From the NCBI GenBank assembly GCA_027593235.1, contig JAQCIU010000028.1, positions 1-41,385 of the forward strand: a stretch of 41,385 bases of DNA, in the 5' to 3' direction. Numbering within the stretch: the stretch's first letter is position 1; each line of letters begins with the position of its first letter. This document shows positions 1 through 8,210 of this stretch, piece after piece. The notes under the pieces were generated by a model. It saw only the letters and a program-made list of their open reading frames with translations, was not told the DNA's origin and made no database searches. The translations under genes were made by a program, and so were the position numbers. Source of the DNA: Chloroflexota bacterium. GTDB lineage: Bacteria; Chloroflexota; Dehalococcoidia; UBA2979.

Positions 1-34
1 GGGTGGGTGGGACCTAAACACGCCTCGCCCCACA

Positions 35-79
35 GAGCCGAAGGCAACCCCCGTCGCGCGGAGCCGAAGGCAACCCCCG
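35..79. repeat. 19-bp direct repeat, two copies with 26-bp period
   Basis: GAGCCGAAGGCAACCCCCG at 35-53 and 61-79, just downstream of the DUF2164-like gene stop. Confidence 0.85.
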
Positions 80-90
80 CCACTCAGCCC

Positions 91-387
91 CTAGTCGTCG
101 TCCCGCACCGTCGTATCGACCGAGGACCGCCGCCGCACCGGCCCCGGCGGAAACTGCTTCCACGCCTCCAGGTCCTCGCTGATCCCCGCAAGCAACTGCT
201 CAACCCGCCGGTTCGCGTCATCCAACCCACGGTTATAGAAGTACGGCCCGATCTCCTCGGCGATGAAATCGAAGATCAACATCGTCGCCAGGTCGCCCAG
301 GTCCTCGCCGCGTTCGGCGGCGAAATACTCCTGCAGGCGACGTTGCGCCTGTTGCCGATCCTCATCCTGGAGCTTCAGCGGATCCAC
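91..387 (-). CDS. DUF2164 family protein
   Basis: 98 aa; pattern LQEYFAAERGEDLGDL...FDFIAEEIGPYFYNRGLDDA resembles DUF2164. Confidence 0.8.
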   Translation of the reverse strand: MDPLKLQDEDRQQAQRRLQEYFAAERGEDLGDLATMLIFDFIAEEIGPYFYNRGLDDANRRVEQLLAGISEDLEAWKQFPPGPVRRRSSVDTTVRDDD

Positions 388-473
388 AGGCGCCTCCGGT
401 TCGTTGCTAGCATGCCGCAGCGCGCAGCATCACACCCTCCGATGGCCGGCGCATGTCGAGGTGGTCGCCAACG

Positions 474-1655
474 ATGGCCGAAACGCCCGAGGTCCACGGC
501 CACTGCGATGACCGCTTCGCGGCGGTCCGCGAGGAATTCGCCCGTAACTTCGAGGAACGTGGCGACATCGGCGCCGCCTGCTCGATCGTCATCGACGGTG
601 AGACCGTCGTCGACCTGTGGGCGGGCTGGCTCGACGAAGCGCGCACCCGGCCATGGGAACGCGACGGCATCGTCAACATCTACTCCGTCGGCAAAGCCAT
701 GACCGCGATCTGCGTCCTGCGACTCGTCGATGAGGGCCGCGTGGATCTCGAGGAGCCAGCAGCTACCTACTGGCCGGAGTTCGCGCAGGCCGGCAAGGCT
801 GACCTGCCCGTGCGATACCTGCTCACGCACCAGGCCGGACTCGTCGCCGTCCGCAAACCGTTGCCACCCGGCTCGTTCCTCGACTGGGAGCTGATGACCT
901 CGGAGCTGGCGGCGCAGGAGCCGTGGTGGAAGCCGGGGACCGGCCACGGCTACCACACCAATACCTTCGGCCACCTCGGCGGCGAGATCGTCCGCCGTGT
1001 CGACGGCCGCAGCCTCGGTACATACGTCCGCGAGGAGATCGCCGAGCCGCTCGGCGCGGACCTGCTGATCGGCTTTGGCCCCGAACACGACCACCGTTGC
1101 GCCGACATCATTCCGTACAAGGGCGACGAGGAGCCCAACCGCCGTCCCTGGCTCGACGCGGACCCCGCAACCCTCGATGGCATCGAACTCGCGAGGTACC
1201 TCGCCTACCGCAACCCGCCACCGAAGGAAGACGGCTCCACCGGCGTGAACACGCGCGCTTGGCGCGCCGCCGAATACCCCTCGACCAACCCGCACGGCAA
1301 CGCCCGCGGCATCGCCCGCCTCTTCGGCGCGCTCGCTCGTGGCGGAGAACTCGACGGCGTGCGCCTCCTCGCCGAAGAGACGATCGACCGCGCCAACACC
1401 ATCGAGGCCGACGGCGAGGACCTCGTGCTCGGCCGCCCGACCCGCTTCGGTCTCGGCTTCCAACTCACGATGCCCGGCATCCGTCCGCTCGGCCCAAACC
1501 CGCGCGCCTTCGGCCACTACGGTGCCGGCGCGCTACTCGGCTTCGCCGATCCCGACGAACGTCTCGGCTTCAGCTACGTCTGCAATCAGGCCGGCCGGAG
1601 CTGGCGCGATCCGCGAAACATCGCCCTCATCGACGCGACCTACGAGTCGATCTAG
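474..1655 (+). CDS. Serine hydrolase, beta-lactamase class C-like / EstA-type carboxylesterase
   Basis: SxxK (YSVGK), LLTHQAG, GYH and FGHYG motifs; GAGGTGG RBS before ATG 474. Confidence 0.9.
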   Translation: MAETPEVHGHCDDRFAAVREEFARNFEERGDIGAACSIVIDGETVVDLWAGWLDEARTRPWERDGIVNIYSVGKAMTAICVLRLVDEGRVDLEEPAATYWPEFAQAGKADLPVRYLLTHQAGLVAVRKPLPPGSFLDWELMTSELAAQEPWWKPGTGHGYHTNTFGHLGGEIVRRVDGRSLGTYVREEIAEPLGADLLIGFGPEHDHRCADIIPYKGDEEPNRRPWLDADPATLDGIELARYLAYRNPPPKEDGSTGVNTRAWRAAEYPSTNPHGNARGIARLFGALARGGELDGVRLLAEETIDRANTIEADGEDLVLGRPTRFGLGFQLTMPGIRPLGPNPRAFGHYGAGALLGFADPDERLGFSYVCNQAGRSWRDPRNIALIDATYESI

Positions 1656-1676
1656 CAACGCCCCGGCAGGCAGCGC

Positions 1677-2186
1677 CTACGCCGCTCCGCCGCCCTGCGC
1701 CGGCTGCGGGAGCTTGGACACGTACTGCTCCACGTAGTGCAGGTCGCTGCCCGCGCGCCGCACCACCGTCAGCAGATCGCCTTGCAGGCTCATCTCTTCC
1801 AGTTGCTCGTTCACGAACCACTGCAACATGCCCCGCGCCAGGTGGTCGTTCTCCGCGATCGCCTGATCCATCAACCCGTTGATCGCGGTCGTGACCGCGC
1901 CCTCGTTGTCGTGCGCCGCCTGCACCGCCTCCTCCACCGAGGTGAAGTCGGCCCGACCGCGCTCGATCTCCGGAATCTCGACGATCCCGCCGGCCTCGGT
2001 CACGTAGTCGATGAACTTCTGCGCGTGCGCCAATTCCTCGTCCGCCTGCGCGCGGAACAGCGAGGTCAGTTCAGGCAGGGCGTTGCGTTCGAAATAGGCG
2101 GCGATCATGTCGTACTGAATCGCCGCGAAGTACTCGCGGCCGATCTGCACGCTGACGGCTTTCGCCATCGCTTCGCTGATCATCAT
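1677..2186 (-). CDS. ftn: Non-heme ferritin
   Basis: QADEELAHAQKFIDY and LQWFVNEQLEE ferroxidase motifs; 169 aa. Confidence 0.88.
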   Translation of the reverse strand: MMISEAMAKAVSVQIGREYFAAIQYDMIAAYFERNALPELTSLFRAQADEELAHAQKFIDYVTEAGGIVEIPEIERGRADFTSVEEAVQAAHDNEGAVTTAINGLMDQAIAENDHLARGMLQWFVNEQLEEMSLQGDLLTVVRRAGSDLHYVEQYVSKLPQPAQGGGAA

Positions 2187-2211
2187 CGGGGACGTCCTCG
2201 TTCCTGGTGGT

Positions 2212-2233
2212 GAGAACGGCGTCGCCCGTTCTC
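2212..2233. promoter_or_regulatory. Inverted repeat upstream of ferritin (operator or terminator)
   Basis: GAGAACGG-cgtcgc-CCGTTCTC, about 25 nt upstream of the ferritin start. Confidence 0.4.
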
Positions 2234-2321
2234 GCTCCCAGTCTACGAGGCGACCAATCGAGGAAGAATCGCGGCCAAGCGAGGGGAACGAGGCTCGATC
2301 GAGACCGACCGAGGGGGCGTC

Positions 2322-2701
2322 CTAGCAGAGCCCTCGCGCGACTTCGCTGAACGCGTTGGCGTCCAGCGGCAGCGTCAGCGTCTCGATGCCAATCGAATGG
2401 AAGTTGCTGGGTATCTCAGACTCGCTGAGGTAGATGATCCGTGCCCGCGGGGCGGCGCGCAGTAACCGCAGCGCCAGCCGTTCGTGTTGAGGTGCGCCGC
2501 CGCAGATCACCAGTTGGTAGCTCGCCCGCTTCGCCCAGGTCAGCGCCGCCGCTTCGTCCTCGGCGATATCGACCGCCAGCCCGAACTCTTGGAGGAGAGC
2601 AACACGGCCTTCAGCGCTGCGCGGTCGTCGCCGACAAGCACCAGCGCGGCGCCGTGGGGCGCCAGCGGCCCATTCGCGATTCTCGAGGCGGCTGCGTCCA
2701 T
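2322..2701 (-). pseudogene. Atypical response-regulator receiver-like gene with a 1-nt frameshift near 2595 (pseudogene or sequencing error)
   Basis: ATG 2701 after GGGGGA gives ...GAALVLVGDDRAALKAVLLS; the adjacent frame continues LQEFGLAVDIAEDEAAALTWAKRASYQLVICG...LTLPLD; span 380 nt, one short of a multiple of 3. Confidence 0.65.
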
Positions 2702-2812
2702 CGAATCCCCCACGCATGGTCATCGGCACGGATCCGCGCACTGCGTAGACGCGCCAACGTGGGTTGAGGCAAGCGGTACGATGGCGTGAGCAGTCAGACG
2801 AGAGGGATCGCC

Positions 2813-3694
2813 ATGCCAGACTTCATCGCCGGAGCCCACGTGTCGTCATCCGGCGGCATCTTCAACGCCATTGGTAACGGCGAAAAGATCGAGGCCGAAG
2901 CCGTCCAGATCTTCGCGAGCCCGCCCCAGACCTGGCGCCAGACCAACCACAAACCAGAGGCGATCGCGAAGTTCCGCGAGCTGCATGCAGCATCCTCAGT
3001 TGGTGATGTCTGGATACATAACATCTACCTCGCCAACCTCGCCGCCGAGGATCCAGCGCAACTCGCCAAGTCCATCGACTCCGTCCGCTTTGCCATGCGC
3101 ATCGCCGATCAAATCGGCGCCGAGGGCGTCGTGCTGCACACAGGTTCACATAAGGGCAAAGGCATGGACGCCGTCGCCGATCAGGTGGCCGACGCGCTGC
3201 TGGAGATCCTGAAGGACGCCCCTGGCACCGCGCTCCTCGCACTCGAGGACATGGCGGGGCAGGGTGGCCAGATCGGCAAGGAGTTCGGCGAACTCGGCAT
3301 GCTCCTCAAGCGGGTGCAGTCGGATCGGCTGCAGATCTGCCTCGACACCTGCCACGCCTTCGCAGCGGGCTACGACATCGGTAGCGCCGATGGCATCGAG
3401 GTCGCGATGACGGAGTTCGACCGCGAGATTGGCCTCGAACACCTCGCCGTCGTCCACGCCAACGACTCCAAGGTCGAACTCGGCGCCCAGCGCGACCGCC
3501 ACGAAAACATCGGCGAGGGCCACATCGGCATGCCCGGCTTCGAGTTGATCACCACTCACCCCGCGTTCCAGGGCAAGGCGTTCCTGCTCGAGGTTCCCGG
3601 CTTCGAGACGGACGAGGCCAAGGCGGACGGCCCGGATCTGGAGAACATCAACCGCCTCAAGCGGCTCCGTGCCGGCGTCGCCTCGGCGGTCTAG
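2813..3694 (+). CDS. nfo: Endonuclease IV (AP endonuclease)
   Basis: GAHVS, QIF, LHTG, LEDMAG, CLDTCHAF, HANDSK and DRHENIG metal-ligand motifs. Confidence 0.95.
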   Translation: MPDFIAGAHVSSSGGIFNAIGNGEKIEAEAVQIFASPPQTWRQTNHKPEAIAKFRELHAASSVGDVWIHNIYLANLAAEDPAQLAKSIDSVRFAMRIADQIGAEGVVLHTGSHKGKGMDAVADQVADALLEILKDAPGTALLALEDMAGQGGQIGKEFGELGMLLKRVQSDRLQICLDTCHAFAAGYDIGSADGIEVAMTEFDREIGLEHLAVVHANDSKVELGAQRDRHENIGEGHIGMPGFELITTHPAFQGKAFLLEVPGFETDEAKADGPDLENINRLKRLRAGVASAV

Positions 3695-3763
3695 CGCGGC
3701 TCACGAGGCCGCTCGCGCCCGCAACGGGCGCGCCTCGGGCGGAGGTCGGGCGGCGCGAGGGCG

Positions 3764-4075
3764 CTACTGACGCACTTGGCGGGGGTGCCCGGCCATCGCC
3801 AGGAACTCATCCTCCCAGTGGAGGATCTCGCCAATTAGGTGGGGCGTCACTGCCCCATCCTTCATCGGCACGCCGTCTGCTTCGAGCAACGGGACCAGCC
3901 GTGTCACCATCGTCTGGTGATCGAGTCCGGCGTCCCCGCTCTCGACGCGGACCTTGCTCTCGAACTCCATGATCAGATCGATCAGCTCGGACGGTACAAA
4001 ACCGCCCAGATCCTCACTGACCATCTCGGCGATCCAGTCGGCGCCTTCTTGAGCGATGTTCTTGTCGAGCGCCAC
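3764..4075 (-). CDS. Hypothetical acidic protein, 103 aa
   Basis: GTG start after GGAGGA RBS; high GC3 coding pattern; only the 3' part of the listed 398-aa ORF looks real. Confidence 0.75.
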   Translation of the reverse strand: MALDKNIAQEGADWIAEMVSEDLGGFVPSELIDLIMEFESKVRVESGDAGLDHQTMVTRLVPLLEADGVPMKDGAVTPHLIGEILHWEDEFLAMAGHPRQVRQ

Positions 4076-4222
4076 AGTCGATCCTCCAGTTGCTCGGTCG
4101 ATCCTAGCCAAGCCTTCCGGCGCGAACAAACGGCCTGCCGAGCCGCCCGGTCGCTTCCGGTCGCTTGAGGTACGCCGTGCCGCCCACCTAGGATGCGGCA
4201 ATCCCGTGAGAGGGGCTGTCAG

Positions 4223-5569
4223 ATGGTTGAGGATTGGCGAACCGAGTACGCCCGCCGGCTGCTGAGCCCGGAGGCCGCTGCAGACCTCGTGTGCCACGGC
4301 GACGCCGTCTACACCCCAATCGGCGGCGACGCCGAAACGCTGCTCCGCACGCTCCTGCCGCGCCTCATCGAGGACCCGCGCGCCTTCCGCGTCCACGCCT
4401 GTGCCCCCCGTTCCTCGCAGGAGTGGTTCAGCGAGGACTTCGCCTGGCTCGACGCCGACATCGGCATCGAGATCTTCGGCGGTTCGGTCGGGCGTGGTCT
4501 GCTTCAGGCCGCTCGCGCGGACTACTTTCCCAACCTCTTCTCCACCCAGTTCAACCTCTACGACCACCGCGCCACCGAGGTAGAGCGCATCGACGTCTTC
4601 GCCACCACCTGCACCCCGCCCGACGCCGACGGCTACGTCGATTTCGGCAGCCTCCCCTGGCACAAGGGCGACTACGTCCGTCGCGCCCGCACCGCCATCC
4701 TCGAGGTCGCCCCGTGGCTCCCGAGGTGCCGGACCACGGAGCGCCTCCACGTCACCGAGGTCGCCGCCTTCATCGAGACCGCGCTCCCGGATCGCCCGCC
4801 GTTCGCGGAGGCCGCGGCACCCCCCGAGGCGCCGGCCGTTGCCGCCCTCGTCCGCGACATCATCAACGACGGCGACACGATCCAGATCGGCGCCGGCCGT
4901 ACTGCCACCTTCATGGCCGAAGGCGGCGCCTTCGAGGGCAAGCAGGATCTCGGCTGGCACTCCGAAATCACCCCCGCCAACGTCCTCCCGCTGATGATGA
5001 GCGGCGTCATCAACAGCTCCCGCAAGACAATCGACCGCGGCCTCGCCGTGACCGCCTCGATCAACCCGCGCGACGACGCCGCTGCCGAGGAGTGGATGGC
5101 GACCTCCGGCCTCATCGAGTCGCGTCCGGTCCGCGAGGTGAACGCGATCCCCACGATTGCTGCCCAGGAGCGCATGACCTCGATCAACAACGCGTTCCAG
5201 GTCGATCTGACCGGCCAGATCTGCTCCGAGTCACGCGGCACCACCGTCTACAACGGCACCGGCGGCCAGCCCGAATTCCACATCGGCGCCTTCATCGCCC
5301 CGGGCGGCAAGGCGATCACCGTGCTGCCCTCAACCTTCGAGGGCGGCGCCAGAAGCCGGGTCGTGCCATTCATCGCCGATGGCTCGTTCGTCACCGTCCC
5401 GCGATCGTTCGCCGACTACGTCGTCACCGAGCACGGCATCGCGCGCCTCGCCGGCAAGAGCCAGCGCCAGCGCGCGCAGGAACTGATCGCGATCGCCCAC
5501 CCGGATCACCGCGCCGACCTCGAACGCGCACGCCAGCGCCAGTTCTTCCCGGCCCCAGCCGGCGACTAG
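4223..5569 (+). CDS. Acetyl-CoA hydrolase/transferase family (4-hydroxybutyrate CoA-transferase-like)
   Basis: DGDTIQIGAG, LGWHSE (catalytic Glu), QVDLTGQ, GTGGQ, DYVVTEHGIA and IAHPDHR motifs. Confidence 0.9.
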   Translation: MVEDWRTEYARRLLSPEAAADLVCHGDAVYTPIGGDAETLLRTLLPRLIEDPRAFRVHACAPRSSQEWFSEDFAWLDADIGIEIFGGSVGRGLLQAARADYFPNLFSTQFNLYDHRATEVERIDVFATTCTPPDADGYVDFGSLPWHKGDYVRRARTAILEVAPWLPRCRTTERLHVTEVAAFIETALPDRPPFAEAAAPPEAPAVAALVRDIINDGDTIQIGAGRTATFMAEGGAFEGKQDLGWHSEITPANVLPLMMSGVINSSRKTIDRGLAVTASINPRDDAAAEEWMATSGLIESRPVREVNAIPTIAAQERMTSINNAFQVDLTGQICSESRGTTVYNGTGGQPEFHIGAFIAPGGKAITVLPSTFEGGARSRVVPFIADGSFVTVPRSFADYVVTEHGIARLAGKSQRQRAQELIAIAHPDHRADLERARQRQFFPAPAGD

Positions 5570-5652
5570 CCGCGCCAAAGCGGAACGTCCGAGGTCTTCG
5601 GTTCGATCGAGGTCAGCGCGCGCTGCGCGCCTTCCGAGGAGTGCCGTCCAAG

Positions 5653-5676
5653 GAGCGCCTCCGGGAAGAGGCGCTC
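5653..5676. terminator. Hairpin between convergent CoA-transferase and thyX genes
   Basis: GAGCGCCTC-cgggaa-GAGGCGCTC; no U tract. Confidence 0.5.
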
Positions 5677-6641
5677 TACTCGAGGCCCAGCGTCGCCATC
5701 ATCTCGCGCCACTCGGCGGGCGAAATGCCGGTGCCGTCGCGCTCCACCTGCTCGCCCGCGAGCATCCGCTTCACGACCGCGAGCTGACTCGCCGAGAGCT
5801 GTGCCCCGCCGAGCCGGTAATTCTCAAACGCCGCCGTCGCCATCGGCACCCAGCGCCGCATCACCTCGTCGACGATCACGTCGGCGTAGACCCGGATCTC
5901 GTACTGCGCGTGTGCATCTGCGCGCAGCCGCAGGAAGTGCATCAGGTTGTGGAGGTCGACCTTCCAGTACCACTGCGTGTAGAAGCTCAGCGGCAGGTTC
6001 ATCCGCGCCAGCTCCCGCGCGAGGCCCTGCCGGCTCTCGTCTACGCGCTCGCCGTCCGGCCCCTCGTTCAGCATCTCCTCGTAGTGGTCGTACGCGCGGG
6101 TCGCGTCCTCGCGCAGCACATCGAGGATTCGCGTCGCCTCGTCCTCCGCGATCTCGTCGCCGCGGCCTTGTCGGTTCGTCACCGACTGCGCCTTCAGTTG
6201 CTCGCGCTCCGGGACGTAGAACTCCTTCTCCAGCACCGAGTAGCGCGCCGAGTACTCGTTCACGTTCGCCGTGCGGTGCCGGATCCACTGCCGCGCCACG
6301 AAAATCGGCAGCTTCACGTGCAGCTTGATCTCGCACATCTCGAACGGCGAGGTGTGCCAGTTCCGCATCAGGTAGTTGATCAGCCCGCGGTCATCGCGGG
6401 ACCGTTTCGTCCCCCGTCCGTACGAGGTGCGCGCCGCCTGCACGATCGCCGCGTCGTCGCCCATGTAGTCCACAACGCGAACGAAGCCGTGATCCAGCAC
6501 GGGGAACGCCTGGTACAGGACCGATTCGAGTTCCGGCACCGTCGGTCGCATCGTCGCGCGCGTCTCGCTGCGCAACTCATCGATCTCGGCCTGCTGGTCG
6601 GGGGTGAGTGGGCTGCTCACGTCAGCCTCGGTCGTCGTCAT
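5676..6641 (-). CDS. thyX: FAD-dependent thymidylate synthase
   Basis: ThyX signature RHRTANVNEYSARY; HTSPFE; AQYEIR. Confidence 0.96.
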   Translation of the reverse strand: MTTTEADVSSPLTPDQQAEIDELRSETRATMRPTVPELESVLYQAFPVLDHGFVRVVDYMGDDAAIVQAARTSYGRGTKRSRDDRGLINYLMRNWHTSPFEMCEIKLHVKLPIFVARQWIRHRTANVNEYSARYSVLEKEFYVPEREQLKAQSVTNRQGRGDEIAEDEATRILDVLREDATRAYDHYEEMLNEGPDGERVDESRQGLARELARMNLPLSFYTQWYWKVDLHNLMHFLRLRADAHAQYEIRVYADVIVDEVMRRWVPMATAAFENYRLGGAQLSASQLAVVKRMLAGEQVERDGTGISPAEWREMMATLGLE

Positions 6642-6743
6642 GCCGCACCTCGAGTGATAGCAATCGTACGAGGGGCAAATGGTCGGGGAGACCTCGTCCG
6701 CGTCGCGGACGCTCCGACAATACGCGCTGACCGTTTGGGTGTC

Positions 6744-7016
6744 TCAGCGTGTCAGCCGGTCCGCGCCCGCTGCCCGTGCCGCCCTCGAAGCCTCGCCCGC
6801 CGCCGCGATGCGCGCCGCCAGCCGCTCGTTCGGCTCCCAGAGCTGGCACGTCGTCTCGAGGTTCTCGAGGAACGGTCCGATGCAGTCGCGACCGTCGCGC
6901 ACGATGTGCGTACAGAGCATCAGGAACGGATCGTCGGGCATGCTGCTGTCCAGCGTCCGCCTCAGCCAGCGACAGTCGACGGCCAGGCGGGCCGGACCCG
7001 CGGAGTAGTCAGGCAT
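6744..7016 (-). CDS. Hypothetical 90-aa protein with four Cys
   Basis: MPDYSAG...; C-x19-C-x9-C-x11-C; TATGAT -10 element 7 nt upstream of ATG 7016. Confidence 0.6.
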   Translation of the reverse strand: MPDYSAGPARLAVDCRWLRRTLDSSMPDDPFLMLCTHIVRDGRDCIGPFLENLETTCQLWEPNERLAARIAAAGEASRAARAAGADRLTR

Positions 7017-7124
7017 AGCGGCCATCATAGGTGCCAGTCGGAGCAGCGGCGAGGGCGATCCGCCGCCCCGCGGGGCCGTGATTCCGCCTGTTCCGGCGAA
7101 TTTCCCCCGTTGCCGCACCGATCC

Positions 7125-7153
7125 TCGACATCCCTGCTTGCGCTGTTTACAGT
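7125..7153 (+). promoter_or_regulatory. Sigma70-type promoter
   Basis: TCGACA-17 bp-TACAGT upstream of the small ORF at 7193. Confidence 0.5.
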
Positions 7154-7192
7154 CGATCACAGCGGTGTCGGGGTAGATGGCTGCGCTGTCCC

Positions 7193-7288
7193 ATGTTCGA
7201 CACCTTCCTTCTCGTTGTGGGTATTGCTGCCGCCGCATTCGTGGTCGTGCTGCTCACTGTCCAGTCATTCCTGCTCGGGAACGACTGA
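7193..7288 (+). CDS. 31-aa single-transmembrane microprotein (not in ORF track)
   Basis: MFDTFLLVVGIAAAAFVVVLLTVQSFLLGND*; continuous hydrophobic stretch; promoter upstream; weak RBS. Confidence 0.55.
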   Translation: MFDTFLLVVGIAAAAFVVVLLTVQSFLLGND

Positions 7289-7508
7289 TCCGCCCGCCTC
7301 GGCGCACCCAGATGCCCGCCGGAACGGCGACCTGAACCTCGTTCGAGCCAGTTCGAGGCGCTAGACCGTCGCGTCCCCCTCCCTCGTTTCCCAAACGTTC
7401 GCGTGGTTTCACAGTTTCGCAACACTCAGGAAACGCGGAAGTCATGGTTTCTGCCGATGATCGTTTTGAAGTCGCTCCGGTTGGGGCGATGAACGAACGG
7501 ATCTAACG

Positions 7509-7667
7509 ATGCTCCACACCAAGGCTTGCCAACGCTGCTCCGGCGACCTGGCACTCGTTCAAGACGTCGGCGAAACCTATTTCTCATGCGTTCAGTGCGG
7601 TCACATGAGCTACCAGCTCAAGGGCGTCCGCGACCAACACGCGCCAGCGCTGACCCCCGCGCGCTAG
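7509..7667 (+). CDS. 52-aa zinc-ribbon microprotein (not in ORF track)
   Basis: MLHTKACQRCSGDLALVQDVGETYFSCVQCGHMSYQLKGVRDQHAPALTPAR*; CxxC-x16-CxxCG. Confidence 0.8.
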   Translation: MLHTKACQRCSGDLALVQDVGETYFSCVQCGHMSYQLKGVRDQHAPALTPAR

Positions 7668-7793
7668 CGCTCACTCCGCGCCCGCGAGCGAGCCTCCACG
7701 CGCACGGGCACAGTTCCGAGGGCTCCGCCCCCTTCCGAGGCGGGCGGGGCTCCCGCGCTCGCTCACGGATCGACCGGCGACTACGATTCGCCG

Positions 7794-8210
7794 ATGCCCC
7801 ACTTCCCAACACCCCTCCGCATCAGCGGCGAAATCACCGAGCGCGCTGAACTCCTCAACGGCGCCATGCAGCTCGCCCTCGATGGCGAGTCCGATCCCGA
7901 CGCAGGCGAATGGATCATCGAGGTCGCGCTCTCCTGGCGGCTCGGCCGCGCGGGCGCCGTCGCCCTCGATGAGGGCGATTGCTCCGCGGATTGCGAGGAT
8001 CTGGCGGGCGCATCGGCCGAACTGGTCGCCGTGCTGGAGCAGGGCACCGCGGAACTCGATCCCGATACCGGTCGTGTCGAAATCGAAGCCACCTTCACGA
8101 TCGAGGGCGTCACCGGCCTTGAGGACGAACCGGGCACGATGCTGCGCGCACGCTTCGAGATTGGCGCCGAGACCTGGACCGGCGAGCTGCGCCGCTCCGT
8201 TGAGCCTTAG
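7794..8210 (+). CDS. Hypothetical acidic, probably beta-rich protein
   Basis: 138 aa with good GC3 bias; TACGAT 6 nt before ATG; stop overlaps the fabF stop. Confidence 0.7.
   Translation: MPHFPTPLRISGEITERAELLNGAMQLALDGESDPDAGEWIIEVALSWRLGRAGAVALDEGDCSADCEDLAGASAELVAVLEQGTAELDPDTGRVEIEATFTIEGVTGLEDEPGTMLRARFEIGAETWTGELRRSVEP

Noticed and set aside
2212-2233. Eukaryote-type iron-responsive element before ferritin
   Set aside because: Loop is not CAGUGN on either strand; kept only as a generic inverted repeat
7334-7344. LexA box GAAC-CTC-GTTC
   Set aside because: Spacer is 3 nt instead of 4 and it is not at an evident promoter
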